This document shows, piece after piece, positions 39,976 to 51,879 of a DNA stretch of 64,000 nucleotides (positions are counted from its first letter, which is position 1; every line of letters begins with the position of its first letter). The position numbers and the translations under genes were made by a program. Origin of the DNA: Chrysomallon squamiferum (Eukaryota; Animalia; Mollusca); NCBI GenBank assembly GCA_012295275.1, contig CM022665.1, positions 26,040,001 to 26,104,000 on the forward strand, written 5' to 3'. Under the pieces are notes generated by a model. The model saw only the letters and a list, made by a program, of their open reading frames with translations. It was not told the DNA's origin and did no database searches.

Positions 39976-40841
39976 AGACTTTAGTTGTAAGTCATCATAT
40001 ACGTAATTTATCATCAAATAAAGAACCAGCTTGACCAATTCGAATGCCATGACTAAACATTAAAACAACACATTTTTCATGGTGTTTTCTTCTGTATTTA
40101 GAGTATATATATGGAAAGACACACACAGAGACATGCGACGAACACACCCGCTGACCTGTCAGAAAGCGTGCCCGTCGTAGACGTGCTTCACAACAGCTAG
40201 CTCTGATTAGCACGTTAATTTTTTTCATTTCATTTCACAGACACACAGACAAACACACGTGTACGTATGTATGCATATATATATAATAATAATCATATCA
40301 CCAATTCTCTACATAATTAAATAATCACTGAGTTAACCATAAACAAAACTGTCATACTATTATTAATAATTGAATATTATTATTTCTGTTCACAAATGTC
40401 TGTATTTTAGTGCTATACTTTAGTTTTGTAAGTTTTTGTGTGACTGAAAGAATGACCAGCTATAAATATAAATATATGACTATATATAATTATATGAAAT
40501 AACATTGGGTTTTAATCATTGTTAATGAAAATTTCAGTTATAAACTAAATCCTCATTATAAAACAACTCGTGGTCATTATTTTTAACAAATAATATTTTG
40601 GTTCTGTACATTGTCTAACTTCAATGGAAATAATAATATTCTTAAGTTATATTACAGAAACATTGCATAAATTCGTATAAATAATAATAATAATAATAAT
40701 AATAATAACGTCTTCCCTATCTTCTGTTACACAAAAGTAAAAGAAACACAAACCCAGAATATGTTTATTGAAACAGTGTTTACGTTAATGCATACGTATA
40801 CATAATTAGGTGTGTATATCGTGTGTGTTAGTTTCTGTTTC

Positions 40842-40893
<52 letters not shown>

Positions 40894-41689
40894 TGTCTGT
40901 TATAACAATACGAATATTTAATATTTAACACCAAAGAAATAAGTAACACTTTGTCATCCTATCCAAATCTACAGTCAGTCATTTTCTTGGCGACAGCTTT
41001 CTTTTAACTTTTTGTTTATTATTATTATTATTATTTTCATTACTTTAGCTTTGTCAAAACTGCCTTGATATTTCCTTGCTCAGATTTTTTTTTTTTTTTT
41101 TTTTTTTTTGCTCATAAACGTAGCATTTCTGTGCTTGGGTCGATAAAAAGTAATAAAGACGAGAAAACACTAAATGCACATTATGCCCAAAGGCATGGAG
41201 AATTACCTGTGTTAGACCATGAGCGACAGTCGTGTCTCTCCGCTTTGTACGCACCAAACCGTAACCTTTGTCTTCGCAGCCAATTTTGCACGTGTCCCTG
41301 ATGTTTTCAGTGATAACATGAGATTGGATGCCGAGAACATCAATAAACGTAGTTAAAATAGGTGGAGTAAATAATGAACATCGTGTTGTTCATCTGACGT
41401 GGATAAACTGTATTGTTAGCAATGGTTATTGGCGTTTTGAACGAAAAAGAAATTGAAGAAAAAAAATAATAAAAAAGGAAGATGTAACTTTGATAACGTT
41501 CTGTTCAAAAAGTGATGTTGTCTGTATGTTTTTGAATACTGAAATTAATCAGCGTCTGATATTACTATAGAAGAATGCCGATTTTTTTTTTTTTTTTTTT
41601 TGTAAAGATGAATGTTTATATGCAATATAGTGAATTTATATATGTCGGTATGTGTATAAGTATGTAAGTATGTATGTATGTATGTAAGC

Positions 41690-41780
41690 ATATATGTATG
41701 TAAGGTATATGTGTGCATGTATGTATGTAAGGTATATGTGTGCATGTATGTATGTAAGGTATATGTGTGCATGTATGTGT
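41690..41780. repeat. Short tandem repeat, ~27-bp unit
   Basis: TATGTATGTAAGGTATATGTGTGCATG repeated about three times. Confidence 0.8.
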
Positions 41781-42861
41781 ACGGGTGTGTGTGTGTTGGG
41801 TGTGTCTGTGTATGTATTGATTCGGTTAATACTTCACACATATATTTTGCAGTTAAATCTCATATTCTTTTATTTTTATTTTTACCTGATTAAAACGAGT
41901 ATTATTATCATTTTATTTTTTATTAATTAATTATTATTTCTGTATATATTTACTTTGTTTGCTTCTAAATGTGATTTATTTCTCAGTGTTTCTTTATGTA
42001 AAATTAACAGAACAATGAAGCATTAACTACAAGACATCAAAAAATATATATATATATATTAAAAAAATAATAATAATAAATAACAACAAAAAAGACAAAA
42101 AAAAACAACAACTAGAAACATAAAAGAGCGTTCGTAATCAATTTTGCTTTTTATCATCAGCAGACCAGAACGTGTATTTTAAAAGTTAAATATGGGCGCA
42201 TTATTATGAAGTACGCTACTCGAAATTTTCAACAAAGAAAACAATCCAGAAGAATCGGCTCTCCCCGGCGATAACCGTTAGTTTTCGACAGATGGTACCG
42301 CTACCAGTCGATCCGAACCGATCCATTGTTAAAGCCAACGAGACCCCGGGTGGTGCTAATTACCGTCAAGGACAGGTGGTTCACCGGCAAGTGTCGCAGG
42401 CTGACGACTTTGATTGCACATTACGATAATATCGACAATCCCCAAAGAAATATGAAATGTAAATAACGGCAGATAAGGAAGTCTGATACAGCCAATATTT
42501 CTGAATTTTGGACTGAGAATTAGAAATACGACGCAAACAAACGTATGGAGTGTATTTTACTTCAATACAAACTGATGGAGCTTTTGTAAAATTTGTTTTT
42601 ATTGTTATTTTAATTACATGTTTAATGCCTTGTGTTTGTTTAATTGAATTTCACAAAAGCGAATTACTCTAGAGAGCAGTGTCTTGGTTTTATTTGTTCT
42701 GTGTTATCGTGTTTCATACTGAATGCTTTTTACAGTGCAATCATTCTGTCTTAGGCAGAATTCTTGAACAGTTTGGTTCTTTTTATTAGCTTTATTTTCT
42801 ATCTCTCTCTTTCTTTTTTTTTTTTTTTCCTTTTTAAATTTTCTTTGTTTTTTTTTAATTT

Positions 42862-42893
<32 letters not shown>

Positions 42894-43961
42894 CATGTCT
42901 TTATTTATTGAAAAAAATAAAGGCTTAAGATTAGCCATAATTGCGTGAAGAAACCGATTTTCTTAAAGATATAAACCAATATAGAAAACCGTTTTCAGAC
43001 TGGTAAATACCTAAAAAGGATTTATTGAGTAGTATTTCATTATTGTAATATTTATTTTTCTCTGAATAATAAGTCTAATGTCACGATACTGCCGCAACAT
43101 AACAATAATAAGTCTCAACTGATGTGTTACAATACTTGTATAAAACTATTACCGCGTCTTACATATCTTTCCCGTTCAAGTGACTGAAAGTTTACATAAA
43201 TATGGACATTTATACTAAAAATAAATATCAGTTGATCACTACTTTTTTTTTCAGTTCCCATCATAGACGTTCATTTACACGCATATATACTCCCATACAT
43301 ATACCCTTACATATCCATATGCGAACACCCATAGGCACACCCATACCCATACACATACACACACATACACACATACATAAAAAAAAAAATATATATATAT
43401 ACACACACACACACGTACACATACATATATACTCATGCATACAAACATTTATACATACATACATAAACAGACATAGACACACACACGTGTCGTTTTAAAA
43501 ACAGAAGAATAACACTTCTGGAATGATAAACATTACTGCTTCATTTGATAGTTCTGACCTCAGGCAATCATATTATACGTATCAGAGATTAACAGATGAT
43601 AGTCAACAAACTGACATATATAATATTAACTATTTTCACGGAGAAATATGCAAGTAAATAATAACGATAACAATGATGAAACTGAAAGTAACCATGAAAC
43701 TGCTGATGATAACTATCACGAATATGACGATGCTGTTGATGGTGATATATTATTTATTATACTGACATACAAACAAAAGGAGAGTTCAAAAACGTCTTTA
43801 TTTCATCAAACATACAATATCAATATACATGTACAAGTATATATATATATATATTTATATAAACTAGGCATTCTTGGCAAAACACATGTGAATTTATTGC
43901 ATTTTTTTAATAAAATACAGTAGTAAAATAAAACTTTTTAATTTTAAAGCATAAAAAAAAA

Positions 43962-43997
<36 letters not shown>

Positions 43998-44282
43998 AAA
44001 AAATGACACCACTGTATGTCAGGACTTCTGGACGCGATTATCAACATAAATCAACACTAGTAATAGTAATATAATAACATTAGTAACTGTAAATATAAAG
44101 AATCAACATCAGAGGCCGCAGTATAAAAGATAATTATTTGAAATATTTTGTTTAGGCACAGTAATATATCGGTACACTGGGAAATGCAGAGGCACTTGAT
44201 TTAAAAAGAAGAATGCTCGAGGATAAATAAATATATATATATACTAAATGTAAATAAATAATTTCTTAGAAATTATACACCT

Positions 44283-45688
44283 TTTATTATTGTATACAAT
44301 AAATACTGCATTGGAATGTAATTGTAAAACAATCAGTATTGCACGATAACTGGTAAACTCGGTAACACGGTATATAAACATTGCACTTGGGAGAAAAATA
44401 ATAAAACGTAGCTATTGCACAACATAAATAAATAAAAATTAAATAAAATATTGCACACAAAGAAACAGAAATAAAATGAACATGCATAAGCTAAGCTCTA
44501 CAACTGATACTGAAATCTCTGGAACAAATAAATAAATAAATATTAATAATGTGTATAGTAAGTAATCTTTAACTAATTTCTCAATATACGACTAGTACAC
44601 GACTTTAGTTATCACGCGGTAAACGGATGTGCACGGTAATTCGACACAAAATAATAAATCTATCTGTAAAATGTAGAACCAAGCAATAAATAATAGATAA
44701 CTCAATTTAAAAAGTATACATAAAATTCAAATGAACATAAATTAATGTAAATAATACTGAACGATAGAATTTAATACATAATGTCTGTTGCAAGTTCATT
44801 AAGAATCAGTGAACTGAATAGATCAAAATAAAATAATTTAAGATTTTGAAAAATAGTTAAAAGAGTTAGAAAAAAATATTAATATTCAATTATAAAAAAA
44901 AGAAATTTTAAGAGATAAAATAAATAATTACTAATACAAGTATCATAATCAGTATTCTAGACAAGTCGATTTTTAAAAAAGGGATACAAATGGAAATTAA
45001 TTTGTAATTCTTAATGAACTTGCTAACATGCTATAACAAAAAATAATATACAACATGACAAAACATAAAATTAAAAACTCTGAAATAAAGGGTAAATAAA
45101 TAAAACTGAAATACTTTTAAATAAATAATTAATATGTATATGATATATTTATGTTATATCAAGGCACAATCGCTTTACTTTAGGCCAACGTGATGGCACC
45201 GACGGAATGTAAATTAAGCATTCTTTTAGTTAACGGCATTAAATGACTCAGTAATATTATCACATCGCGTAGACAGAACGATATCGTGGGCTTAACAAAG
45301 AAAAGAAAAAAAACGGTTGACTGTAATAGAAATCGCCGTTACCAGCAGATATGATACATTTCCTTGATAATGTTCTGTAAAAAGTTATTAATATAATTAC
45401 TTTTATAACAATCAAGGATGAGGTTTTTTTTTTTTTTTCTTTTTCTGGATTTTTTTTTTTTTTTTTTTTTTTACCTGTAATACTGATAAAAACGCACTGG
45501 CTGTAGAAACATCCCGTTACATTAGCTGGAAATAACGTTTTATGGTGTTCAATATTGGCAAATATTGCAAAAAAATGTTTCAGGCAGGCAGGATCAATAA
45601 GATAAAATGTTTATAGTATGAATCTGTTGTTCACTGTTTGTCAATGTGCCATTTGTTTGTTTTTCAGTCACTGTTTTTGTCAATAACT
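44283..45688 (-). other. Inferred 3'UTR of the INSM gene, ending at a polyadenylation signal
   Basis: U-rich on the transcribed strand; AATAAA (minus) at 44283-44288, possible distal signal at 43893-43898; many miRNA seed matches. Confidence 0.6.
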
Positions 45689-47083
45689 TCAGCAGGGTCT
45701 GTTTACTGGAAGTTGCAGAAGAATCACTTGTCGGTTCTCGGAAGGATGACATTTGTTTATGTGTCTCGTTAAGCCAGGAGAACTGTAGAATGTGCTCGAG
45801 CAGTATTTGCACGTGTATACATCTTTGTTGTGTGTTCGGACGTGCTTATCTAATACACTTTTGTTGGGAAACGTTACGTTGCACACTGAACAGGCCAATT
45901 CTTTGTTTTCACTGCCGTGTTGAGCTTCGTGTTTTGCGCGTGCTGTTTCATTCATGAAGATCTTTGAACAGAACTGACATGGCAGAGGTGTTTCACTGCT
46001 GTGGCTCATGACGTGTTTTCTCAAATACGCATGACGTCGGAATTTTTTACCGCATGTTTCGCAATGGTACTGTCCGTCTTCATGTGGTGGTACTTTGTTC
46101 TCTGCTGCAGAAGGCGACAGGGGTGTTATGACATGTTTGGTCTCACCAGTCCGTGTAGAATTATTTTCCAAAGTATTCACATTGTTGATTTCGTTCTGAT
46201 CATTTGAATTCTGTGCCGCGGGTAGAATTTTAGCAGGAGCAGACTGTTTGTTGCCCGGTGGTTGTTTCGGTTTATGCCACCTTCTGTGAGAAGCAAGGTT
46301 TGCTGGACAGTTGAACACTTTATCACATTCCGGGCAGCGGTATTCCACGTGCACTATGCGCGAGCACCGATGCTGCGCGAGCTGGAATGCGTCTTCGTAG
46401 ATTTCTTTACAAAGTTGACAAATGTAATCTCCAATTTTGTTTTCAATTTTCTCAAGTTCTGCTCGAGCTTCTGGTGTCACTTCCACGCAGTTGTAAACAG
46501 GCTCGATGTCACCACATACGATCCGGGCGCCGTCGTCCTCGCTGTCTGAAAAATCTTTAATGATGGTGCCTGACACTGGAGACGTTTTGTCTATGTCAAA
46601 GTTGATCTTCCTGGCAGCTTTTGGCTTCTTTGTGGACAAGGTTTTCTTTTCAAGTTCCACACTTCCACGCTTTCTTGGCGAGTTTGGCGTCGAGCTTCTC
46701 GCGTGGTTCAAGTTTTCTGTAACTTGAGGAACTTTGAGTGGAGAGTTGTCTGTACATAGACTGAGTCTGTCAAACGCCGAGAAATACAATGGTGACGACT
46801 GGGAATGTATGTTGCCATTATGCTGTGCACTGCTGGGACTGCCTGCTGGAATGTTCTTGTTATTGTTGTTGTTGTATCTGTCGAGAGCAGCGTATCTTTC
46901 ACTGTCGCGGAATGTCAGAGAAATTGGACTGGCGGAATATCCCGAGTCTGGAGAGCCGAAGCTGGTGTACACAAGTTCATGTTCCGATCCACTGTCAGAA
47001 AGTCTGTCGTCATCTGAATGACGCTTCTCTCTGTAAGAGTATGCGCTGGTCCTGGAACGCTTCACGAGAAAACCTCGCGGCAT
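45689..47083 (-). CDS. INSM1: Insulinoma-associated protein 1-like (INSM/nerfin/egl-46 family) SNAG zinc-finger repressor, 464 aa, intronless
   Basis: SNAG N-terminus MPRGFLVKR at ATG 47083 (the track's 47095 start is a GTG). Family motifs KAARKINFD..TSPVSGTIIK, YICQLCKEIYEDAFQLAQHRCSRIVHVEYRCPECDKVFNCPANLASHRRWHKP and C-terminal CKYCSSTFYSSPGLTRHINKCHPSENRQVILLQLP. Confidence 0.97.
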   Translation of the reverse strand: MPRGFLVKRSRTSAYSYREKRHSDDDRLSDSGSEHELVYTSFGSPDSGYSASPISLTFRDSERYAALDRYNNNNNKNIPAGSPSSAQHNGNIHSQSSPLYFSAFDRLSLCTDNSPLKVPQVTENLNHARSSTPNSPRKRGSVELEKKTLSTKKPKAARKINFDIDKTSPVSGTIIKDFSDSEDDGARIVCGDIEPVYNCVEVTPEARAELEKIENKIGDYICQLCKEIYEDAFQLAQHRCSRIVHVEYRCPECDKVFNCPANLASHRRWHKPKQPPGNKQSAPAKILPAAQNSNDQNEINNVNTLENNSTRTGETKHVITPLSPSAAENKVPPHEDGQYHCETCGKKFRRHAYLRKHVMSHSSETPLPCQFCSKIFMNETARAKHEAQHGSENKELACSVCNVTFPNKSVLDKHVRTHNKDVYTCKYCSSTFYSSPGLTRHINKCHPSENRQVILLQLPVNRPC

Positions 47084-47449
47084 ATTTTGTGTCACAAACT
47101 CAGGATATTCACAACAGTTAAGGCACTTTCAAAAGGCACTTCGGTGTTCAGTCACTAGCGAAAGTTCTGAAGTTTGTTCTCAGTTCTTTTTGGTATCAAA
47201 AATATCATTAGTTACGAAAATCATCGAAACAAGTGTGTGTGAAGGGGGATCGAACCAGAAGGAAGCATTCACAATATTTGTACTTGTTAATTCTTCCACT
47301 TAAAATTAAAAGTAACAAACTTCTTGAAAAACAATAAAAAACAAAAAAAGAAGATTGTGATCCAACGAAAATAATGAAACAAAGCCAAAGTATCGTTTTT
47401 GTTTGTGTCGAAACGAGAGCAATGTTCTTCCTCCAAAAGTTTGGTACGA

Positions 47450-47900
47450 TCCGACTTGAAACACGCCGTCGAGTCTTTTTATAGGCTAGCATTCCCAGGC
47501 AGTTTGCTCATTCATATGTATGCGACGCGTGCCTGACTCCTCCTTTCTCAACAATGATGCGCAGACTGACGAACCGCTCTTTGTTTCGCGCGCTTTAGCG
47601 GCTCGTTCAGACGAGATTTCCAATTGCCAGTTATTTGCAGACGATATCGTAAACTTGAGCGCTGATTTTTGTGGAGATTGAAAATGGGATATCTCCGGGA
47701 AGTTTGCCAGTCAATAAGAACAAAACGATCAAATGAGAGCTGTTGTCGATTACGTAGCTCAGAGTATCGCGGACATGCCGACAAAGGGAGTCGCGTGCTA
47801 CGCAAAATGCGGGGTTTGTTAAAAATAGATGGAAATAACAGTCACCAACAAAGGTTCTTTTCACCGCTAGCCAATGTAATTCGTTTATACTGACTGATTA
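47450..47900 (-). promoter_or_regulatory. INSM core and proximal promoter
   Basis: TATAAAAAG on the minus strand at 47475-47483, ~390 nt upstream of the ATG, followed upstream by a CpG-containing, microsatellite-free block. Confidence 0.65.
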
Positions 47901-48633
47901 AATGTATGAACGGGACACATACCCATACTGGAGTTCTCTGAAGCCTTTTCACATTATAACTGCAATCTGATTTATTAATTACAATTAGCATGAATTATCT
48001 AAAACTGTTAGGGGACATTGCTTCGTTATCAAATGACAATATCGGTTTATTTGAGCGCAGACATTTGTTTGACTATACGACTAGCGAAAATAGCAATAAA
48101 AGATAATAGTTTGTTCCGCAGCTATATTGAGAAATACGCCATTTATTTTGCTTTAGAAGATTTTTTTTTTTTTTTTTTTTTAAAATTAAAGATAAAATGG
48201 CATTAAAAAAAAATAAAAATAAAAATTCAGAGAGAGAGAGAAATAATGAGTGAAAATGTGTGTATGAGAGAGAGAGAGAGATTTCAAAATATGGAGGGAA
48301 AGAGATTAACATAGGTTTTGTTTGCTAAGCTAATTTAGAATTTCAAAATATCGATGGCATCAGAAAGCTGTGCAAATTCTCTTCCGTGATAACAGGATTA
48401 TTTCATTGTGTAATTGATTATTCTTTAATTGTATAACTCTCTTTGTGAGAATTTTCTATTAAACTACACAGTTAACAAATATAAATTTAACTTGTATTAA
48501 AATTAAGTGAAATTACTAGAGAAATACAAGAGATTAACGCTAACGTTTGTTTTATTTATTTATTTATTTAAATATTTAAAATGTAATTTTCTCATAGTTG
48601 AAAAATATTTGTAAAAAAGAAAGAGTCTCAGTG

Positions 48634-48713
<80 letters not shown>

Positions 48714-49341
48714 TACGTTACTTCATTTCTTGATCTCAAACAATATCATTCCTAAGGTTTTTTCTTTGATAGATTCGTAACACATATCGGCACTGAATTA
48801 ATTACTTGTTTGTATAAACACGTCATGTGTACGTAGATCGTGCGAACTGCACAGAATTTTCAACTGGGTCTCGTGTACCTATCTGGTATCATTTTGTCTC
48901 CGATGAAGCAGTTGATGGCGCACGTAGGCGCGTGCGCTCATTTGCATACAGGTGGTGGTGGTGATTTATTGGCAGGTGTGTAAGTTTGATTCTGATTTTT
49001 AAAATCAAGTTGTGCAGTATTTTCTAATTTAATATTAGTCGAACAATTTCAATAATATTAACATTTTATTAATGGTATTAAAAAAAATTAATAATCAGTG
49101 AAGAATAATAAATTATTTTCTAAAGTTAAAAATGAAATATATAAACGTATCAAATCCATCATTTCTGTTAATTATTTTTACACTTTTTTATTTGCAGTCT
49201 TTTTAAATCATCTAGATTCATGGGAGACTATAACTCACTGGATTTGTGACTAATTTAAAACACTTGATACCATAGATGCTTCATTTATTTATCTATTCTC
49301 TTAATTCTTTTGTTTATGTTTTATACTTTTGTGGATAATGA

Positions 49342-49389
<48 letters not shown>

Positions 49390-51001
49390 AAATATTTTTT
49401 TATTGTTATTATTATTATTATTATTATTTTTTTTTTTTTTTTACACTTTCCAGTAGCATAGATTCTGATATTTGTAACTGAAGAGCCAAAGATTTTTATT
49501 AAGGTTGAAATGTAAATCTGTCTTTAAAAAGTGTATCAATGGACTCCGCATATTTGTTTTGTTTGTTGTTATTATGTTTTTTTTGTTTTGTGGTTTGTTT
49601 GCTTGACTGCATATTTATTTATTTATTTATTTATTTATATTTTTTTAATTTTCAAAGTTGGTGCTTTATAATGATTTTTTGTTTCAATTTTAGATTTAAT
49701 CTGTCTTAACATTACCATCATCATTCAGCATACGTGTATTTTTTAGACAATTCGGCGACGAGTTTCCGCTTTATCTGGATTCTTTTTCTTTGTTAAGAAA
49801 CCACAAGAAATTCTGACGCCGAACCCATTACCCATTAGCTTCGCTTGTGTTTCTATAATGACTAGGTGTTCATTATTCCAGGTAAATGATGAAACCTAGG
49901 TCTTCACCAAACGACTGATTAACGGAAATAAAGACTTAGATATTACACCGAAGATGCGTCGAAATCCTCAACATAGCATTATGTACCTGTCTAATAATGT
50001 TAATTATCAATATATGAGCTTCTTACTTTTCTCCAGGTATCGGATTTTCGCAGAGATATGGAGTTATTTTAGCTAACGAAACACATAATGCGCGCTAATG
50101 CAGGAAATGCTAGGTTCACTGGCGCAAGCAGATGTTTTTCCGAGGACCGTTAGTATTGCGTAAGAAGGCGCGAGGCCTCGATTTAGGCTTGAATAAGAGA
50201 GAGAATCTGAACTATTGAACGGTAAAATTAGGATTTTATCAATCGGTTATTACGCAGTTTGGTGTTTGTTACAGATCAAAGGAAAGAACCGACAATGGTT
50301 GCTAAAATTAACGGTAACCGCGTTTTGTTGAAATTATCCAAAGTACGGGAAGTTCCGAAATAACAAGTTTCATTATTGAAGATGATAAGCAGCTGGCGGA
50401 TGTATTTGAAGTTATTAAATATCTTTCAAGTGTGAAGAAAAGATCAAATTTATCTTTTCATCTCGTTGCCGAGTTTCTCTATTGTTTTTAACACCAGTAC
50501 AGCCGGGGTACGGAGTTATGTATTGCGTGTGACAATACCGAGTCTTTTTTTTTTTTTTTTTTTTTTTTTTGCCTCCTATATTTTTTGAAAATTTACCGTG
50601 GGAATATAGCTGTTTGTGAAGAAAATATTACTAGGGGCAGCATTGAAAAAATTCACCGATAAACCGTCAAACAGTTGTACGCGGTGGAAGGCTTTTGTCA
50701 TGCACCCGTTGACAATGGAGAAGTGTCGCGTGCCACAGACCGAACTGCGCATGTCCCGTACAGTTCTGGTTAAATTTTTTCGCTCGAGTTTCTTTGTCGG
50801 GTACGAAATATTCCGTTGATGTAAAACGCCTTTGTCACGACTGTAGCGTTGTGTTACAGTGCTACGCGTTCGTTTAAAATAGATTTTTCAAACCAAGTAT
50901 GGTGATTAAAGTAATTGTCAGCATAGATTATGTTTCAAACGCTCTGTCATATAATTTAATAATAATAATAATAATAATAACTATTAAATAATATTACTGG
51001 C

Positions 51002-51043
<42 letters not shown>

Positions 51044-51788
51044 TTATTATTTTACTTCATTTATCTGATCATTGTTCGAGGCTTTGCCATTTTGTTACAG
51101 TTATTTTGTAAAGAATAACAAATCTTTTTTTGTAATTAATTTTGACTAATCACTGTATATATATATATTGAACAGATCGAGACTCGTTAAAGTAAAATAA
51201 TAACAGAAACAAAGAAACTGTCTTTCAGAATATCACTGAAAAAGCATTTTAATAATAAATAAACGAATAATTTTTTTTTTTTTTTTTTTTTAAACCTGTG
51301 AGTAGATTTCAAGATTACTTGTATTAGTGTAGTAATTTTCGATTCATTATCATATATTCTTTTAATTATTTGACCATTGTTACGTTTTTTATATTTTTAC
51401 GTATTTGTCACTTTCTTTATTTAGTAATGATACGAGAGAGGAAACCCGCTGGTGCAAGTCACATCATTTATTAACTGTTATCTTTTAAATGTGCACTGTG
51501 TTTCATAAATTACACTAGCAGTAACGGTGAACATGTCATTGGGCGCAAAGTTACAAATAATAAGCTAATTCAGATTTGTAGCAATCAAACATTACTGACT
51601 GAAAAATAGCTATTGCCTGTGGAGAATTAAAGAACATTAATTCAGAATAGTTAAATAAATATTTAAACTTCAGGAACAAACGAGTACAAGACACACGAAT
51701 ATCACTAAAATACGTTTGCAGAATCAGTTTTAACAGTGACTGCATGTAAACTTGGTTTAAAATGCTTAGCAAAAGACGGCATTGAAAT

Positions 51789-51879
<91 letters not shown>

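Noticed and set aside
47084-47095. N-terminal extension MTQN of the 468-aa ORF
   Set aside because: Starts at GTG; SNAG domains act at the extreme N-terminus, so ATG 47083 is the start.
45646-47121. Plus-strand and alternate-frame ORFs overlapping INSM
   Set aside because: Shadow ORFs of a GC-richer coding region, with no recognisable motifs.
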